From positions 12,650,088-12,714,087 of the forward strand of contig NC_134031.1 of NCBI RefSeq assembly GCF_964204645.1: a stretch of 64,000 nt of DNA, given 5' to 3'. Positions 13,499 to 25,330 of this stretch are shown here, one piece after another (within the stretch, counting starts at the first letter, position 1; each line of letters begins with the position of its first letter). Source of the stretch: Tubulanus polymorphus (lineage: Eukaryota > Animalia > Nemertea). Under the pieces are notes generated by a model. The model ran no database searches. It was not told where the DNA came from and was given only the letters and a program-made list of their open reading frames with translations. The translations under genes and the position numbers were made by a program.

Positions 13499-13622
13499 GT
13501 AGGATTTTTAATTCTTGTAATTCTGTTGATTATTTAGGCCCCTATTATTATTATTATATGTGTATTTTATATATTCCGCCTATTTTCGTCAAATAAAATT
13601 CATCTTCATTCAGATTCGGCAA

Positions 13623-15342
13623 TAGTCACCTGACTGTGGTTTAGTTTCACGATCGGATATTTTCACAAACCTTAGTCAGGAATGGGAAGGTCATTTTTCA
13701 ATGAAATTTTCGTGAATCAATTTGACTCGCGAGTAATTTGCCTGTCATCTCATTGTCTTTTAAGATATCCGTCTAATCTTTGTTTAGTTAGTTACCTAAT
13801 CGTTGGTGGTAAGCTTTTTATAATCGGATGGGCTTATATCAACGTTAGGGATGACAAGGACCAAAACACGGTTGAAAAAAGTAACACTTCAAAAATATAC
13901 TTTCTATTCACTTCAGTCCACAATTAATGGCTTAATTAAACTTGCCAGGTACCTTTCGAAATAATCCAATTTTATGTATGTTTCGAGTGATTAATCATCA
14001 TTATTTTGAGAAATTAATTAATTTCTCCACAAATTTCGCCATTCGCCGCCATTTCTCTGTATTGCACATGTGGCTTGATAAGACAAGGGGACCTACAAGG
14101 ATTTATATAAAACTTCCAAGACGAAACGACAATTTTTATTTTTGATAGTTTTCCAACTTATATTTCATATCTTCGTGTTTTCCATAATAAATAATGAAAT
14201 AATAAATTCTGGTAAAAGAAAAATGTGAATAAGTGTTATATTCTTCATTTTTTTCAATTTCGTCGTTTCGCTTCGTTAGTTTGTGCTGTTGTCCTGGCCT
14301 CAGTTCACAGGTGCCAGCACCTCCAGTAATTTTCAAAATGGCAGCTGTTGACCCGACGGAAATTTACTCTCACTTTACGGCCGATTTGCACATGGATTAA
14401 GATCGTCAGGTGAGGTGTTAGAGGTAGGCCTATCAGACAAACTACGAATCTGTTGTGCGTCGATAACAACAAAAATTAGACGGATATCTTAAGAGACAAT
14501 GAAATGCCAGGCAAATTAGGGCCTACTCTTCAGTCAAATTGGCTGACGAAGATTTCATTGAAAAATGACCTTCCCATTCCTGACTGTGGTTTGTGAAAAT
14601 ATCCGATCGTGAAACTAAACCACAGACAGGTTACTGACTAATCTTTGTTGTAGGCCTAATCAACGCACAACAGATTCGTAGTTTTTTTGATCCCCATAAA
14701 ACCTCACCTGACGATCTTAATCCATGTGCAAATCGGCTGTTAAGTGAGAGTAAATTTCCGTCGATTCGACGGCGGCCATTTTGAAAACGTGTGGAGGGTG
14801 CTGGCACCTGTAGACTGAGGCCAGGACCACAACACAAACTAACGAAACGAAACGACGAAATTGAAAAAATTAAGAAATCAACACTTAGGCCTATTCACAT
14901 TTTCTTCAACTAGAATTAATTTTTTCATCATTTATTGTGGAAAACACGAAGATTTGAAATATAAGTTTGAAAGCTATCAAAAATAAAAATTGTCGTTTCG
15001 TTTTGAAAGTTTTATGTAAATCCTTGTACCAAGGTCACCTTGTCTATCATGCCACATGTATGCAATACAGAGAAATGGCGGCCAATGGCGAAATTTGTGG
15101 AAAAATTAATTAATTTCTCAAAATAATGTTGATTAATCGCTCGAAACATACATAAAATTGGATTATTTCAAAAGGTAGCCTACCTGATTAAGTTTGTGAT
15201 TAATTGTGGACTGAAGTGGATAGAAAGTATATTTTTGAAGTGTTACTTTTTTCAACCTTGTTTTGGCCCTTCTCATCCCTAACGTTGGTATAAGCCCATC
15301 CGATTATAAAAAGCTTACCACCAACGATTAGGTAACTAACTA
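13623..15342 (-). mobile_element. Non-autonomous DNA transposon, outer copy (TAG...CTA termini, 9-bp TSD; Academ- or MULE-like)
   Basis: TSD ATTCGGCAA at 13614-13622 and 15343-15351; termini TAGTCACCTG... and ...AGGTAACTAACTA; split by a copy of the same family. Confidence 0.85.
13785..14640 (+). mobile_element. Same family, inner copy inserted antiparallel (856 bp)
   Basis: TSD ATCTTTGTT at 13776-13784 and 14641-14649; TIRs TAGTTAGTTACCT / AGGTTACTGACTA. Confidence 0.88.
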
Positions 15343-16239
15343 ATTCGGCAACTGACAGCTTCTAAACCAAATGTATAAATTTACACTGTAATAATGGTCT
15401 CTCTGAACCAACAGATTTTCTGAATGTATTGTCCATCCTATTTGAAACTTAAAATTACTTACCTACTTGGTAACTTTCAATAAAAAAGAATTGAATTGTT
15501 AGACAACAAGCACTGGCAAAGCGCTTTTTTTTACAAGAGGGTTTCCACCATTTTGTTCGCAGTGCGCATGCTCTGCTGTATTTGTAAACAAATGCACGTT
15601 GAATGAACACCGCCGAGAACTATGTCACTGTAGTGTAGGCCTGTGCCCGCATACGTATATAGAAGTGTATACACAACTGTTAACACACTGATAGGCCTAC
15701 ATACGAGCCAGGGGCGTAGCCACCGGTGCCACAACTGCGACATATGCCAGTCAACACTTTTAGTTGACCCGACGTCCAAATAAAGTTGGCAAGATGGTCG
15801 ACCCTTAGTCGGTGTCGCAGTCGTCCCGTCGTTGGGCGTGCTCGTCGGGTAGTAGTCGGCCCGACTTCAGTTTTCGTCACTTTGCCGACATAATGCCGAC
15901 GTTTTGCCGACTGCCTAATAGCCTAGGACCATACCTTTTCTGACCATACCCCGTCCATATTTGTCGATTCCCCGACCGTTTGCCAACCTCATCCGACCCT
16001 TTTCTGACCAAACCCCGTCCATATTTGTCGATTCCCAGATTGTTAGCCAACGTCATCCAGGAACTATAACGAGTTTGAGGAACCTCTCCCATAAGATACC
16101 TATTCTCACCATGCGCCGCTGCGAGTATGCGGAAGTTATTCAGTGTGGCTTTGGTTTTCAAAGCCGCATGACGTGTCTCTTTCATGTTGGCCGAGTGTGC
16201 GTGTGTGTATTGTTTGTGGCGAATTTCTAAGTTTTTTGA

Positions 16240-16580
16240 GCCTGACGTTCTGGGTATCGTCGCTGAGTTTGCCTAACCAGCAAACCGAGAGGCTCTGGCC
16301 TAACGTTTTGGTCTAACGTCGTGAGTTTGCCTGACCAGCAAACCGGAGGCCAAGTCTGTTACGTTTTGGTCAAACGTCGTGAGTTTACTCTCGTAGTGGA
16401 TCCACGTAGGCTTGTGAGATATGTATTTGTAGCGTGACGTTCTGGGTATCGTCGTTGAGTTTGCCTGACCAGCAAACCGAGAGGCTAAAGCCTGGCGTTT
16501 TGGTCAAACGCCGTGAGTTTGCCTGACTAGCAAACCGGAGGCTTGAATCTGACGTTTTGGTCATACGTCGTGGGTCTACT
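16240..16580. repeat. ~58-bp tandem units arranged as two ~193-bp blocks
   Basis: Units GACGTT(C/T)TGG...CGTCG..GAGTTTGCCT(A/G)ACCAGCAAACCG recur; the three-unit order at 16240-16390 is repeated at 16433-16580. Confidence 0.75.
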
Positions 16581-18097
16581 TGGTAGTAGACCGGAGATTG
16601 AAATTGAAAGGAGAATGATGATTTTAAATGTTGAGTAATAGAAGATAAGAGAACTTGAGGATAGGAGATTAAGAGAATAAGCAAAAAAAGAAAAAAAAAG
16701 ATGTGAGAAAAATGAAAAAGAAATACAGTCGAGATTTATTTATGATGAGTTGTTTTGATCATAGAAGTTGAGAGAGGAGAATCAGTTCGGAAGTAGATTT
16801 GGAATCTAGTTCTATTTTAGTTTGCCCTAGGTCTGTTGCGTGATGGTATAGGTATATAGGCTGGAGGTTTTAGTTAGCTTTATTTCTCGGCCCATTGAAT
16901 ACGCATGTACGCGTAGCCTTTCATTGATTCGTCTATTCCCCTCGGTCGGCTCTATTATGCTAAGTTTGTAAGAGTTTGTGCGTTTCGGTTGAGAGCATTC
17001 AGACCTGCCTTTTGCTGTTGACTGCTAATATAGATTTTGTAAGGATAATCTTCTATTGTGAGAGGATATAGGAAATAAGAGATTAAGAAAGTGGGAAAGA
17101 GGAAAGAAATTGATAGTGCGGATTTATTTGGGATTGACGATTTGGTTTGAAATTATGATTAGAACGAATGAGATGGGACGATGGGTTCGAATTTAGAGAG
17201 TAATCCAATTGTGGTTGATGAATTGTTTTTCGAATATAAAATGGAGCATGGTAGTGAATGATGAGTTCCAGAAAGCTTGTGTTCTATTCTAGTTTGCCCT
17301 AGGTTTTGGACATTGCGAGAGGAGTGCTAGAGGTTCTGTTAGAATTTGGTGTTGCGGCTGATTGCATACACTTATCGCATTCATACGCATGTTGCGTTTT
17401 CGTCTTTTCACCCTCTGCCAGAGCTCTGTTATGTTGAGTTTGTAAATACTTTGAGCGTTTTATTGGACAGCAATCTGTCCTTCTATAGCAAAGCTAATTT
17501 TGCGGACAAAATTCCGTTAATAGTAAGGAAGGATTTAACAAAACAAATGCGTTTCCAGGTTATCATACTACAGTGTTTAAGACAGTCGGGGTGTCATATA
17601 TTAATTATCTAATTATTTATTAGAGAAACATTGTCTTAAATCATACAGACTTACTGGAAAGAAACTCACTGAGCTGACACTATTAAAAATCCCTATTTTG
17701 CTTTGTTATTGTTGCTTTTACCAACTGTACAGTGACTTACAGTGACTATAATATTGTATATAGGCTTGATTTGAGATCTAGCCTTGGAACCTGCGTGACA
17801 GGGATAAACCAGCTAGCCGAAAATTATATTTGTCTGCTGAACGAAATAAAGCTATATTCGTAACGGAAGAAGATTTTTTGTGTTTCTGACAGATCGTGAA
17901 GTGATCATCTACGTCATATGGAGATATAAAGTAACAGTAATAGTTTTAGGAAAATACTGTTGCTAAACTTTCTATGAGAGGTGTATGTTTGTATATTTTG
18001 GCCATGTTCGATCCCTTTGGCGAGTCCCCAACCTTTCACCCTCGTTGTTTTCAGCCGGCATAATCCTTTCGTGTATATGCAGAAAATATATTATATC

Positions 18098-19908
18098 TTT
18101 TTAGCCCACTTGGGACTTTAGTCCCAGCGGGCTATTACGTTCACTTTTCGTCCGTCGTCCGGCCGTCCGTCCGTAGACGGAATCCTGTTATTTTGGGAAG
18201 TTTTGAAGACGCTTCAAGGTAATGTCTTGATATTTGGGTTACACATGTATCTAGTGTACGTACCCTAGACACATCTTCAGCCCAAAAACTGGCCCTGTCA
18301 GATTCAAGATGGCCGACTGGCAGCCATTGTTGTTCACCCAAATCTGCACTTTTTACACATTTTTGAACTTTTTGAGGGACATTTTGAAGACGCTTTGATC
18401 AATTACCTTGATCTTTCGGATATATGTGAGTTCCCCCAGGGCCGATCAGCATAACAAAAATTGGGTCGATCGGACTCAAGATGGCCGTCCTATAACCTTT
18501 TTAGTGCCCAAAAATGTTAATTTTGGCCCAAATTCTGAGTCCTGTAGCTTCCTACTGGTTTATCATTTCTCATTGATATTTGTGATGGGTATTCTTTGGA
18601 AAGGGATGTTTTATACCTGAGACAGGTATTTTTCATCAGCCAATTATGACGCAATTGGCGGCCATCTTGGTGTCAGCAGTACTCATTCGTAAGTGGGAAA
18701 AAGTTTTTCCACATTATATTGATACCTAAGCGTATTTTGTTACCACAATCATCTAGAAAATTGTAGCTCATAACGTGTTCTATGATTGTGGTAAGTTTCA
18801 AGGTCATTGGATTTTGTATATGGCCACCAGGGGGCGTTGAATAATGCATATCTTAGCATTTCTTTATTATATTCGTACCTATGCATATTTTGTAACCACA
18901 ATCAATTGGAAAGTTGTAGCTCATGACATCTTCTATGATTGTTGCGAGTTTTAAGGACATAAGTTTTTCTATATAGTCACCAGGGGGCGTTGAATAGTAG
19001 AATAACTTAGTATTTCCTTATTATATTGGTACCTAGGCATATTTTGTTACCATGATCAATTGCAAAGTTGTAGTTCATGACATGTTCTATGATTGTGGTG
19101 AGTTTCGAGGTCATTGGGTTTTGAATATGGTCACCAGGGGGTGTTAAATAGAAGAATAACTTAGTATTTCCATATTAAATAGAGGCATATTTTGTTATCA
19201 CAATTACACAATCGTAGCTGCTGACATGTTCTATGATTGTGGTGAGTTTCAAGGTCATTGGTTTTTCTATATGGTCACCAGGGGGCGTTGAGTATTGAAA
19301 TGGTTAGATTGTTGAGCATTTGGAACCACTTCCCAAGTGGGCATGGTGTCCCTGGACCCCTAGTTGTATATGGCCACCAGGGGGCATTGAATAATGCAAT
19401 ATCTTAGTATTTCTACATTATATTCGTATCAATGCATATTTTGTAACCACAATCAATTGCAAAGTTGTAGCTCATGACATCATCTATGATTGTGGCAAGT
19501 TTTAAAGCCATTAGTTATTCTATATGGTCACCAGGGGGCGTTGAATAGTAGAATAACTTAGTATTTCCTTATTATATTGGTACCTAGGCATATTTTGTTA
19601 CCATGATCCATTACAAAGTTATAGTTCGTGACATGTTCTATGATTGTGGTGAGTTTCAAGGGGATTGGGTTTTGAATATGGTCACCAGGGGGCGTTAAAT
19701 AGTAGAATAACTTAGTATTTCCATATTAAAGTGGTAACGAGGCATATTTTGTTATCACAATTAATTACAAAATCGTAGCTGCTGATGTGTTTCAAGGTCA
19801 TTGGATTCTGTATATGGTCACCAGGGGGCGTTGAATATTGAAATTGTAAGATTGTTTAGCATTTGGAACCACTTCTTAAGTGGGCATGGTGTCCCTGGAC
19901 CCCTAGTT
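18098..19908 (+). mobile_element. Helentron-associated non-autonomous element HINE-A, copy 1 (with duplicated 3' half)
   Basis: 5' TTTTTAGCCCACTTGGGACTTTAGTCCCAGCGGG hairpin, (CCGT)n microsatellite, 154-bp central tandem repeats, 3' subTIR CCCAAGTGGGC plus hairpin ending CTAGTT, no TSD. This is the DINE-1/HINE architecture. Confidence 0.9.
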
Positions 19909-20479
19909 TATAGTATTATTCCAGGTGCGTAGCGAGTGTGGCTAAGTTTTATTTTAGCTGATCTAACTTAGGTAGTGCTGTCTGCTTTTGATTTTATTTG
20001 TGGGTTTCATCTTGCGATGTATTATTCTAAGAGATCATTTTTGTAACGGTTGATTTCATTGAGTTCAGAACCACCGTCATGTAAACAAGAGTTTTAGGAT
20101 AGCCAGTCAAGTTATTTAAGAGATGTCGAACAGTTTGTTCATTGTGTTACAGAATTTTAAGGTAGATGGGAAAGGTGATTGGAAGAAATGATTTCTTTTG
20201 CATCCTGTCTTGTATTATGCAACCAATTATGTAGTTTGATATATTAAGTATTTGGGGTTCCTGTCAGCTCTCTAGTCGCGGGTTTCTTAGCTGCCCGTTT
20301 ACATGGCTTTTGTCATGTTGACTAGGGGTTGGCTGGGCAGTCCTTTTTTCTCTATGCATTTGGTTATGAAGATTTGGCCCCGCTTGTACGATGCATTGGC
20401 AGTTAATCTATAGCCTATTATATTCGTATATGATAGTCTCGAGGGATCGCCTGGTCAATCCCTAGTGATTCTGTTACTT

Positions 20480-23447
20480 AGCGAGAGAAAACAGCATGGA
20501 CAGTAGAATTAGAGTTATCAGAGACTTTCCACGAGAAATCCGCTATAAGCGCAAAATGCTTTTTCGAGAAGCTTAACGAAATTAAGAGCAGTAATCCGCA
20601 GTCAAAGTGCTAGGCCTATGTCACATACGTTAAGTTAATCCACAAGGGCACTGTGTTCAAATCGATCAGAGGGAAAATAGTTTCTATATCTAGAGAAACC
20701 GTAAATCGCCAACCGCTCAACCGAAAACAACCACCGTGCCGGCCAGATGCAACACAGCCGAATACAGATATGTATGGTCCGATACTACTAGCGTTGACTG
20801 CAGCCGGGCAATAAGAATTGCATTCGAGAAATCTAACCCCGGATATTCAAAACCGATCGATTCCTTACCGCGCGAGTTACAACTGTGATCATATCTCCGG
20901 AAGAACCGCTACATGCTTATAAGCCCAATCCGACCGGGCCAAAATCCGACGACGTTAAGACAAATGTGAGCGTTTCGATTAGATTAGCAAACGCTGTTCT
21001 TAACGAAAGCCCTGATGGAACAATATGAACACGCAGAGCTAGATAGAAATCCAAACGGCTAGAAATATTGTGTTTAAATGTATGGTGGTCTCTAATCTAA
21101 AATCATCTGTAAAGAATTTATGTCTGAGTGTAAATATGCTGATATACTTATATTTACGGAAACTAAATTGACTGCTCTAGATGAAATATGGGTTTCCAAA
21201 TTTTCTTGAATCACTTGATTTTCAAGTTGTTGTTTTAATTACTCAAATATGGGTACCAGAAAATCTGGTGGAATACTCATAGCATTTAAAACTGGAAGTC
21301 ATATATTTACATCCTGTTAAGAAAACTAGTGATATAATACAGTGGATCAAGATATCAAAGCATTTAAGTGGTTCTAACTAAGAGTTTTTACCCTTATCCC
21401 GCCCGAGTCTAGTAAATTCAGTGGCCCTCACTTTTTTTTTTTTTTTTTTAAAGAATTAAGTACCGATATAACCCAATTTTTAAATAACTCATATTTGTAT
21501 TTGTTAAGATCTAAAAACGCACACCAGAGAAATGCAAGTCTTCGCTTTCTACGTTGAAAGGTTTGAAGCTGAGGACTTCTTTGACGAATCCAATGTAGAT
21601 ATTTCTAATTTGAAAGCAGATATTCTGCTTGAGCGTCTCAACAAAGATAACACGTTCATTATTGGGGTTATCGCCTGTCTGATTTCTGCAAAACTCACGG
21701 GTTACGTATTGCAAATGGCAGAATTGGTAAGTATAGAGGTGTCGGTGCTTATACATGTCTTAAAGGGAATAGCCAGCGCGTCATAGATTACTTCATTGTC
21801 TCGCCCCACATCCTAAAGTGTGCTGAGTTCGAAGTCAAAGAGTTTAATCTCATGTTTTCGGATGTGCACTGCCCAATTAAGTGTATTCTAAATACATTGG
21901 ACCGTATCGAGTGTAATGTTTCCCCTCGTTTCAACAATTAAAGGAATAAAGAGAAGTTAAAGTGGAATCCCTTGAACCCGGCAATTTGAGAATCTTTTCC
22001 TCAGAAATCTTAGATGATATAATATCAGATATATCACTGAATAAAATTGACTGTAACGTTGCGAATAAGCGGTTATGTGATCACTTGGTCTAAGCAGCTG
22101 AAGCGTCAATGGGTAGGTTTAAAATCAACAACAAGGGTCAAGAAGTACACAAAGCAAGGACTCGGTATTCTATAATGCAAATGTAAAACTGAATCAGAGA
22201 AATTTTAGAAGAGCGAAACGACGCTATCGATTTAGCAAAACTAATACTAATAGTATTAATGTTAAAGATGCCTCTAAAGAGTAGAGACATAAATGAAATA
22301 GAAACTGTTAAGATTTTCGATACCTAAGGATAATATTTAACTACACTGGGTCGTTTAGTAAGTGTAAGGAAAGTATCTGTGAACATGCCAAGGAAAGTCT
22401 ATGTTTGTACTTAAATGGTGAAAGAACTGTTACTGGATCTGGATGTAGCTCCTAAGTTATTTGGCTCTATGTTTGCACCAATTCTAACATTTTGGGCTGA
22501 GGTTTGGGTTTTCGAGGATGTACACTGTGTTGAAAGAGTCCATTCCCTTGCAAGTGTATACTCAAACTCAAGCGGTCAACTCCAAATGGTATGACTAGGT
22601 TGTTTCCCCCTTTGAAATAATAATCAAGGTCAGGTAATACATTCTGGGGCAATCTAGTCGCAAGACAAGAGACGGTGTTTTGGTAAACTGTATCAAGTTT
22701 TATCAAATAACATTAACATTTTATTAAATAATGTGAATTCTAAATGGATGACTTTTGCCAAATCTATTCGCAAAAATTGCGGCTTTTGTGAATTCTGGTC
22801 CCATCAAAATTTCCCAAGTGTCAAATACCTTGGTCGAATAGTTAAGCAAGACTGCAAGTCCAATTTATAATTTATTCAAAAATGGCAAACCGTTCAAAAC
22901 AACTCATTCAAATGATAGATATATAGGAATATTAAACTAGATTTGGGCCAAGTATTTTCCTTTTTTATCTACACGAAATTTCATTCCCATCCGTAAATTT
23001 AGGTACTCAAACCTTAAGCTCCCAATCGAAATTGGTCGCTATGACAAAATAACCGGGAAGATTGAATTTGCACCTAATGTAATTGAAACAAACTGGGTGA
23101 CGAGTATCATTTTATTTTCCAGTGCGACTTTTATAACCAAATTAGACAACGTTATCTTCCTGGCTACTTCTTAAACAGACCAAGCTTATAAGCTTTGCAA
23201 ACAATATTCAGTGTGACGAAGTATGTATACGGGTTATCAGTCTTTATTAGACCAACCGGTCTTTTGTGAAACCACTTATCAATATTAATGTGTTACATGT
23301 AAAGCTGGACGGGTTCGTGTACGTATTTTGTATGCTACCATCTTGTCACTGTGATTGTATTTTCACTACTCATATGTACTATCTGTGTTCATTATATTCA
23401 TTTTATATGGAGCAATAAACTGAACTAAACTAAACTAAACTCAACTT
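20480..23447 (+). mobile_element. Decayed RTE-X-like LINE (APE domain, RT core deleted, C-terminus and microsatellite tail)
   Basis: APE motifs ANGRIG...YTC...VIDYFIVS...SDVHCPI (~21710-21890); C-terminal LPIEIGRY and LGDEYHFIFQC (~23020-23160); AATAAA followed by (AACTA)n tail. The 5' limit is uncertain. Confidence 0.82.
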
Positions 23448-23733
23448 AGAAAGAAAAAAAAAACAACTGTTCGGCCAACAGCTGGATTCGTAGGGTTACT
23501 ACCACCCTTAATTGTCTTTCTCGACATTTGGAGGTTGGTTGGATTTGTTTTGAGAGTTGGGGTTGGGGATATAATGATAATTGGGGTTTGGGGTATGAGA
23601 GTTGGGATTGGGGGGTTGTTTGGGGATTAGGGGAGTTAAGGCTATTAGGTGTGATAAGAATGGCAGCCCTGGCTTGTACCCATATCTATATATCTGCAGC
23701 ATGCCTGCACAACGGATGGTGTGAATATTATAC

Positions 23734-23970
23734 TATTCTCACCACGCGGCGCTGCCAGTAGCCTATGCGGAAGTGATTCAGTGTGGCTTTGGTTTGATGG
23801 AGGTAAGGTCGTGTAACGACAACCTTCGGTGGTGAAGTAAAAAAAAAAAATAAATAAAATAAATCAACAGAAAAAAAAAACCCTCCGATTAGTGCGTGCT
23901 TGGTGCAGAGCCCGGCTTGTACCCATATCTATATATCTGCAGCATGCCTGCACAACGGATGGTGAGAATA
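23734..23970. mobile_element. MITE with TAT...ATA termini and 6-bp TSD (IS3EU-like)
   Basis: TIR TATTCTCACCA/TGGTGAGAATA flanked by TTATAC on both sides. The same left end occurs at 16101 and the same right end at 23667-23727. Confidence 0.65.
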
Positions 23971-25330
23971 TTATACTGAGACAACTATAGAGAATTACAT
24001 GTACAACTTCTTTTCCTTTAGTAGCAAAACAAAAATCAATACATAATTTCAAACAGTTTTCATAGATTTTGAGATAAACTATAAAAGTAATAAAATTGAA
24101 ATTTACTGTCGCCATTTTTCATATTGATAACTCGCCGATCATATAATATTTATATATAACCAAGTCGTTTGAAAAGCATTACTTCGATTGATAACAACGA
24201 TTTTGAACTATCTTGAAGACATTATTAACAAATAAACAAAGCAATATCTGTATGATTAATGCCTGAATAATATGCACACATCATCTAAGTGTTTTTTAAG
24301 AATTTTAGAAAAATCCACACTTTTACTTTCTATTTCTAATAAGTATCACATAATACAAAAATATATCCTTTCATACTACATAGATAATGGCAAGATCTGT
24401 ATTAAAGCAGGGGACACACATATGAATTGTTATGTATACAGGTTTTAACTGCCGTTTAATTCTTTGCCAAAACTACAGAATTATTATATTTTAGCGTGTT
24501 TAAGCCAAAGTTTGATGCATCCCCAATTCCCTCATTAACAACTCAATCATTGTTGGAGTCTTTTATGAGAAGGGATCATCCGTACAGCTTCTAAAAATGT
24601 CACCAGTAAATAAGTCCTGACTGGATATAATCGAGTGAAGCTTCGGGAAGTGATAGGCCTATAGGCTATCACACTCTTCGACGTTTTACTGTTGTAGAAC
24701 ATGCCCCAACATCCTTTACTCATGAAATTTCTTGATTGCTGTGACAAGCCTAAAAAAGAATAAACTGGTATAATAATTGTATTTATAAATTGTATCAACT
24801 TCATAGAGATCATAGTAATGAGTCAGTTAAGGTCTAGCTAAAGTCTATTCTTTTTGTCTGGGATCGCAATTTTTGGGGATATTTCTCATTTTCAGTCCAA
24901 CAGCATAGGCAGCAGCCTAGTACTATCTCAAAATGCCCTAAAACCTGATGATGTATCCATGATATCAGCTATTAAACCTGAGTCAATCAATTTGTAATCA
25001 TTACAACATAATAGTACTAATAACCTAATCATTTTAAGTGTTATTTTAGCAATAAAATGCATTGAATTTGATGTTGCTTCAAATAGGCCTTAAAATTGAA
25101 GCAACTCGGCTGCAAATATCAAATACCATGTAAATACAATAACACTTACCGAATGTAACACTTGTAATTACACTTGTTACAACTAGAAGACTGATGAATA
25201 GCAATTTTGTTAACAAAGAATACGAACAAAAGAGCGAACAGAATGGAACCAAAATGGCGGCGCAAGATCTGCGCACATCTCCGACCTCGTTAAAAACAAA
25301 ACTTTCAATTTTTTATTCAGTTTAACAACC

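Noticed and set aside
13499-13537. ORF-track C-terminus [12 protein letters not shown] on the AGXT ORF
   Set aside because: This is read-through into intron 1; AGT homology resumes at 51909.
18141-18620. Recurrent similar short ORFs (also near 25730, 31636, 36213, 52337, 58807) resembling a gene family
   Set aside because: They are translations of HINE-A copies with inconsistent frames and stops.
24540-25290. AAAATGGCGGC (YY1-like) motif plus a minus-strand GTAAGT donor suggesting an antisense transcript
   Set aside because: The motifs are short, lie inside a transposon envelope and give no coherent ORF; unsupported without expression data.
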